The notes beneath the pieces were generated by a model. That model saw only the letters and a program-made list of their open reading frames with translations. It was not told the origin of the DNA and searched no databases. Positions 62,301 through 64,000 of a DNA stretch of 64,000 bases are shown piece after piece; position 1 is the first letter of the stretch; each line of letters begins with the position of its first letter. The stretch is from Klebsormidium nitens (lineage: Eukaryota > Plantae > Klebsormidiophyceae), in contig DF237093.1 of the NCBI GenBank assembly GCA_000708835.1, positions 103,796 to 167,795 on the forward strand, given 5' to 3'. The translations under genes and the position numbers were made by a program.

Positions 62301-63542
62301 TCTATATCCCGTAGATCCCTTTCAGCATCAAGGCTCAGGTCCTGTACAAGGAGCAAGGGGAAACGTCAGCCTTCAAAACCGGATAAGCTTTTCGAAGGCT
62401 CAAAAGTCAGTCAAGCAATGCTAGACGTAGTCCGAGAGATGACAAAGGAGAGCCACAACAAAAAGGCTACTTCTTTTTTCAGAGAGTTGATCCTAAGCAC
62501 GCTCTCCTTGAAGCCAGACTCAGAATGACCGACGAGCCTGTAGAGTACTTGCCTCCGATGTTGACACCCATACATGCTTCCTCCGGCCCCTTGCAAAAGA
62601 ATCCAGAATGATACCTGAGCACTGTCGTCCCTTTCCAACCTGTCAGAAAACAGAGTATATAGATCTCAAAGAGGGCACACAGGCGCCGCCTTTCGTCTTG
62701 AAAGCCCGCAAGTGCTCTGACTGTCTCTCCATGTAACCACATATTTTTTGATCGATACGAAACGAGTCCGGAACCACCGGTGGCATAATGATTTGATACT
62801 GACTTGCAGGGTCTACTACCTCACCCACTGAGTGTAGAAGCACAACAGGTTTTGAGCTTCAGATGAAATGCAGAAACAAGGGCGTTTCTAAACACAGGCC
62901 CAAACATCAAAAAGTCTTCTTGACTCATGTTGGGCTCTTTTTCTCTCAGGGGAGATCCAAAGAACTGTACAGATATGCGCACGAACACATACCCCTGTCG
63001 AATCACCGATATAGAATCCTTGCCGGCTCCCATTGGGGAGGATGCTTGTGTGTGCCTGGCAAGCGTACATAACACCTGCACAAAAGCATGCATTGCAATT
63101 TTCGGGGGCACCATGTCAAGAAGACCCTGCGGTGAAACACATCTTGATAGTTGCTCTGGATTAAGCACGTCTTGGTTGTGACAATCTGGGCTCTCAACGA
63201 CATACTAAGAATGAGCTTACCTTCCAGCTGGAGTTTGCTCAGCTTGCCTCCCTCCACGATTGCTGAAGGCAGCGAATCGAAGAGAGGAAAGCGAGATGGT
63301 GGCAGAGGGATGGCAGCCAGACTAGCTGCTTCAGCAATGTCCCCTGGGTGATCTAAACCTTTGGATTGGCTCCTACACACATAAGCTGCAAAAACCTCCT
63401 TGGAAACTTCTTCTGCAAAGGAGTCATCCCCTTCCAACTCTTGCGACTCTGCATCTCGTCTTCTTGCCTCCGGCAAACTTCCACCAGGGTTTTTGACATT
63501 TCGACCACCGGGCTGAGCGGCAGCCTGCGAAACCCTCAACAT
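53339..63542 (-). CDS. SBNO: Strawberry notch (SBNO/FORGETTER1-related) SF2 helicase-like protein, >=1267 aa, 21 exons: 63524(or ATG 63542)-63221, 63075-62993, 62639-62553, 62341-62218, 61963-61844, 61582-61486, 61237-61166, 60990-60887, 60625-60549, 60345-60223, 60009-59908, 59117-58710, 58299-58034, 57740-57572, 57239-56769, 56320-56061, 55720-55538, 55009-54864, 54500-54276, 53997-53807, 53530-53339. 5' end uncertain
   Basis: [85 protein letters not shown]...[82 protein letters not shown]. Exons from 63524 sum to 3804 nt in frame; two GC-AG introns are required. Confidence 0.9.
59257..59284 (-). repeat. Perfect 28-bp copy of the SBNO intron/exon junction at 59096-59123, placed 161 nt upstream inside the intron
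   Basis: ccagggacgcttcaccggtggtctgcat occurs at 59096-59123 and 59257-59284. A second 43-bp repeat (37/43 identical) lies at 59195-59237 and 59602-59644. Confidence 0.92.
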
Positions 63543-64000
63543 TTTGACCAACGCAAATCAGCGTGTCTTACAGCAGATTTTCTCGAATCTTCAGCATAGG
63601 CGCACGCTTGAGTTTCTTACTGGACGCATCACTTCTCTACTCATTAGCAAGGGTTTCCGGCCGCTCAGCTTGTTGCTGGCTACTGACCACTCCAAAATTA
63701 GACAGCACTCCTGCCCTTCTTTGGGCTTCTTATGCGTCACAAAGGCAGCCACAGAGTTGGGCTGTTCCAGCTCAGCTCAAACTGGTGCCAGCACCGGTGC
63801 AGCAGCTGTTCCACCTCGGCCAATTGCAAGGCAGCTGTTCTGTGGTCCTTCCTTGTGTGTGGCTCCCTGAATCCTGACCTGCTCAGGCTGCCTGCATGTC
63901 TCTGCTCAGGGAACTTGAAGGGAGTTTGACAGTTTGTAATGCAAGACCAGAGCTTGGTCCCAGGTTACACTTTGCCGGTCCGACGTAACATCAACCAGCG

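Noticed and set aside
63560-64000. Additional 5' SBNO exon(s)
   Set aside because: All three minus frames contain stops and I could not pair a convincing donor with the 63524 acceptor; left unresolved rather than called.
1-64000. tRNA, rRNA, snRNA or intronic snoRNA genes; transposase or reverse-transcriptase ORFs
   Set aside because: A visual scan for T-loop GGTTCGA, rRNA signatures, sense-strand C/D boxes and RT/DDE motifs found nothing convincing. A covariance-model search (Infernal/tRNAscan) is needed to exclude them.

Overview
Intron-rich eukaryotic nuclear DNA. Gene content (GRXS17, IRX10-like GT47, PHT4, DEG14-like) and splice signals fit a streptophyte green alga such as Klebsormidium; this is inferred and cannot be verified here. 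I assembled spliced models by hand and checked reading-frame phase at every junction. In order: IRX10-like GT47 glycosyltransferase (-), PHT4/ANTR anion transporter (+), two tandem F-box/LRR-like genes (-), DEG14/HtrA2-like protease (-) head-to-head with oligopeptidase B (+), a frameshifted and an intact F-box paralog (+), TCF25/Rqc1 (-) head-to-head with GRXS17 (+), an orphan helical+MYND-finger gene (-), and a 21-exon Strawberry notch helicase (-). The window opens in a ~10-bp-unit minisatellite. Highlights: (1) up to nine decayed, minus-strand relics of the helical+MYND family fill the apparent intergenic space and sit next to every F-box gene (by-eye alignment). (2) Two independent tandem duplications each copied an F-box gene together with a truncated piece of its convergent housekeeping neighbour (PHT4, TCF25); the TCF25 fragment shows a purifying-selection signature. 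(3) Three GC-AG introns, two of them consecutive in SBNO. (4) A duplicated splice acceptor creates a candidate 43-nt poison exon in SBNO. No tRNA, rRNA, CRISPR array or transposase ORF was recognised.
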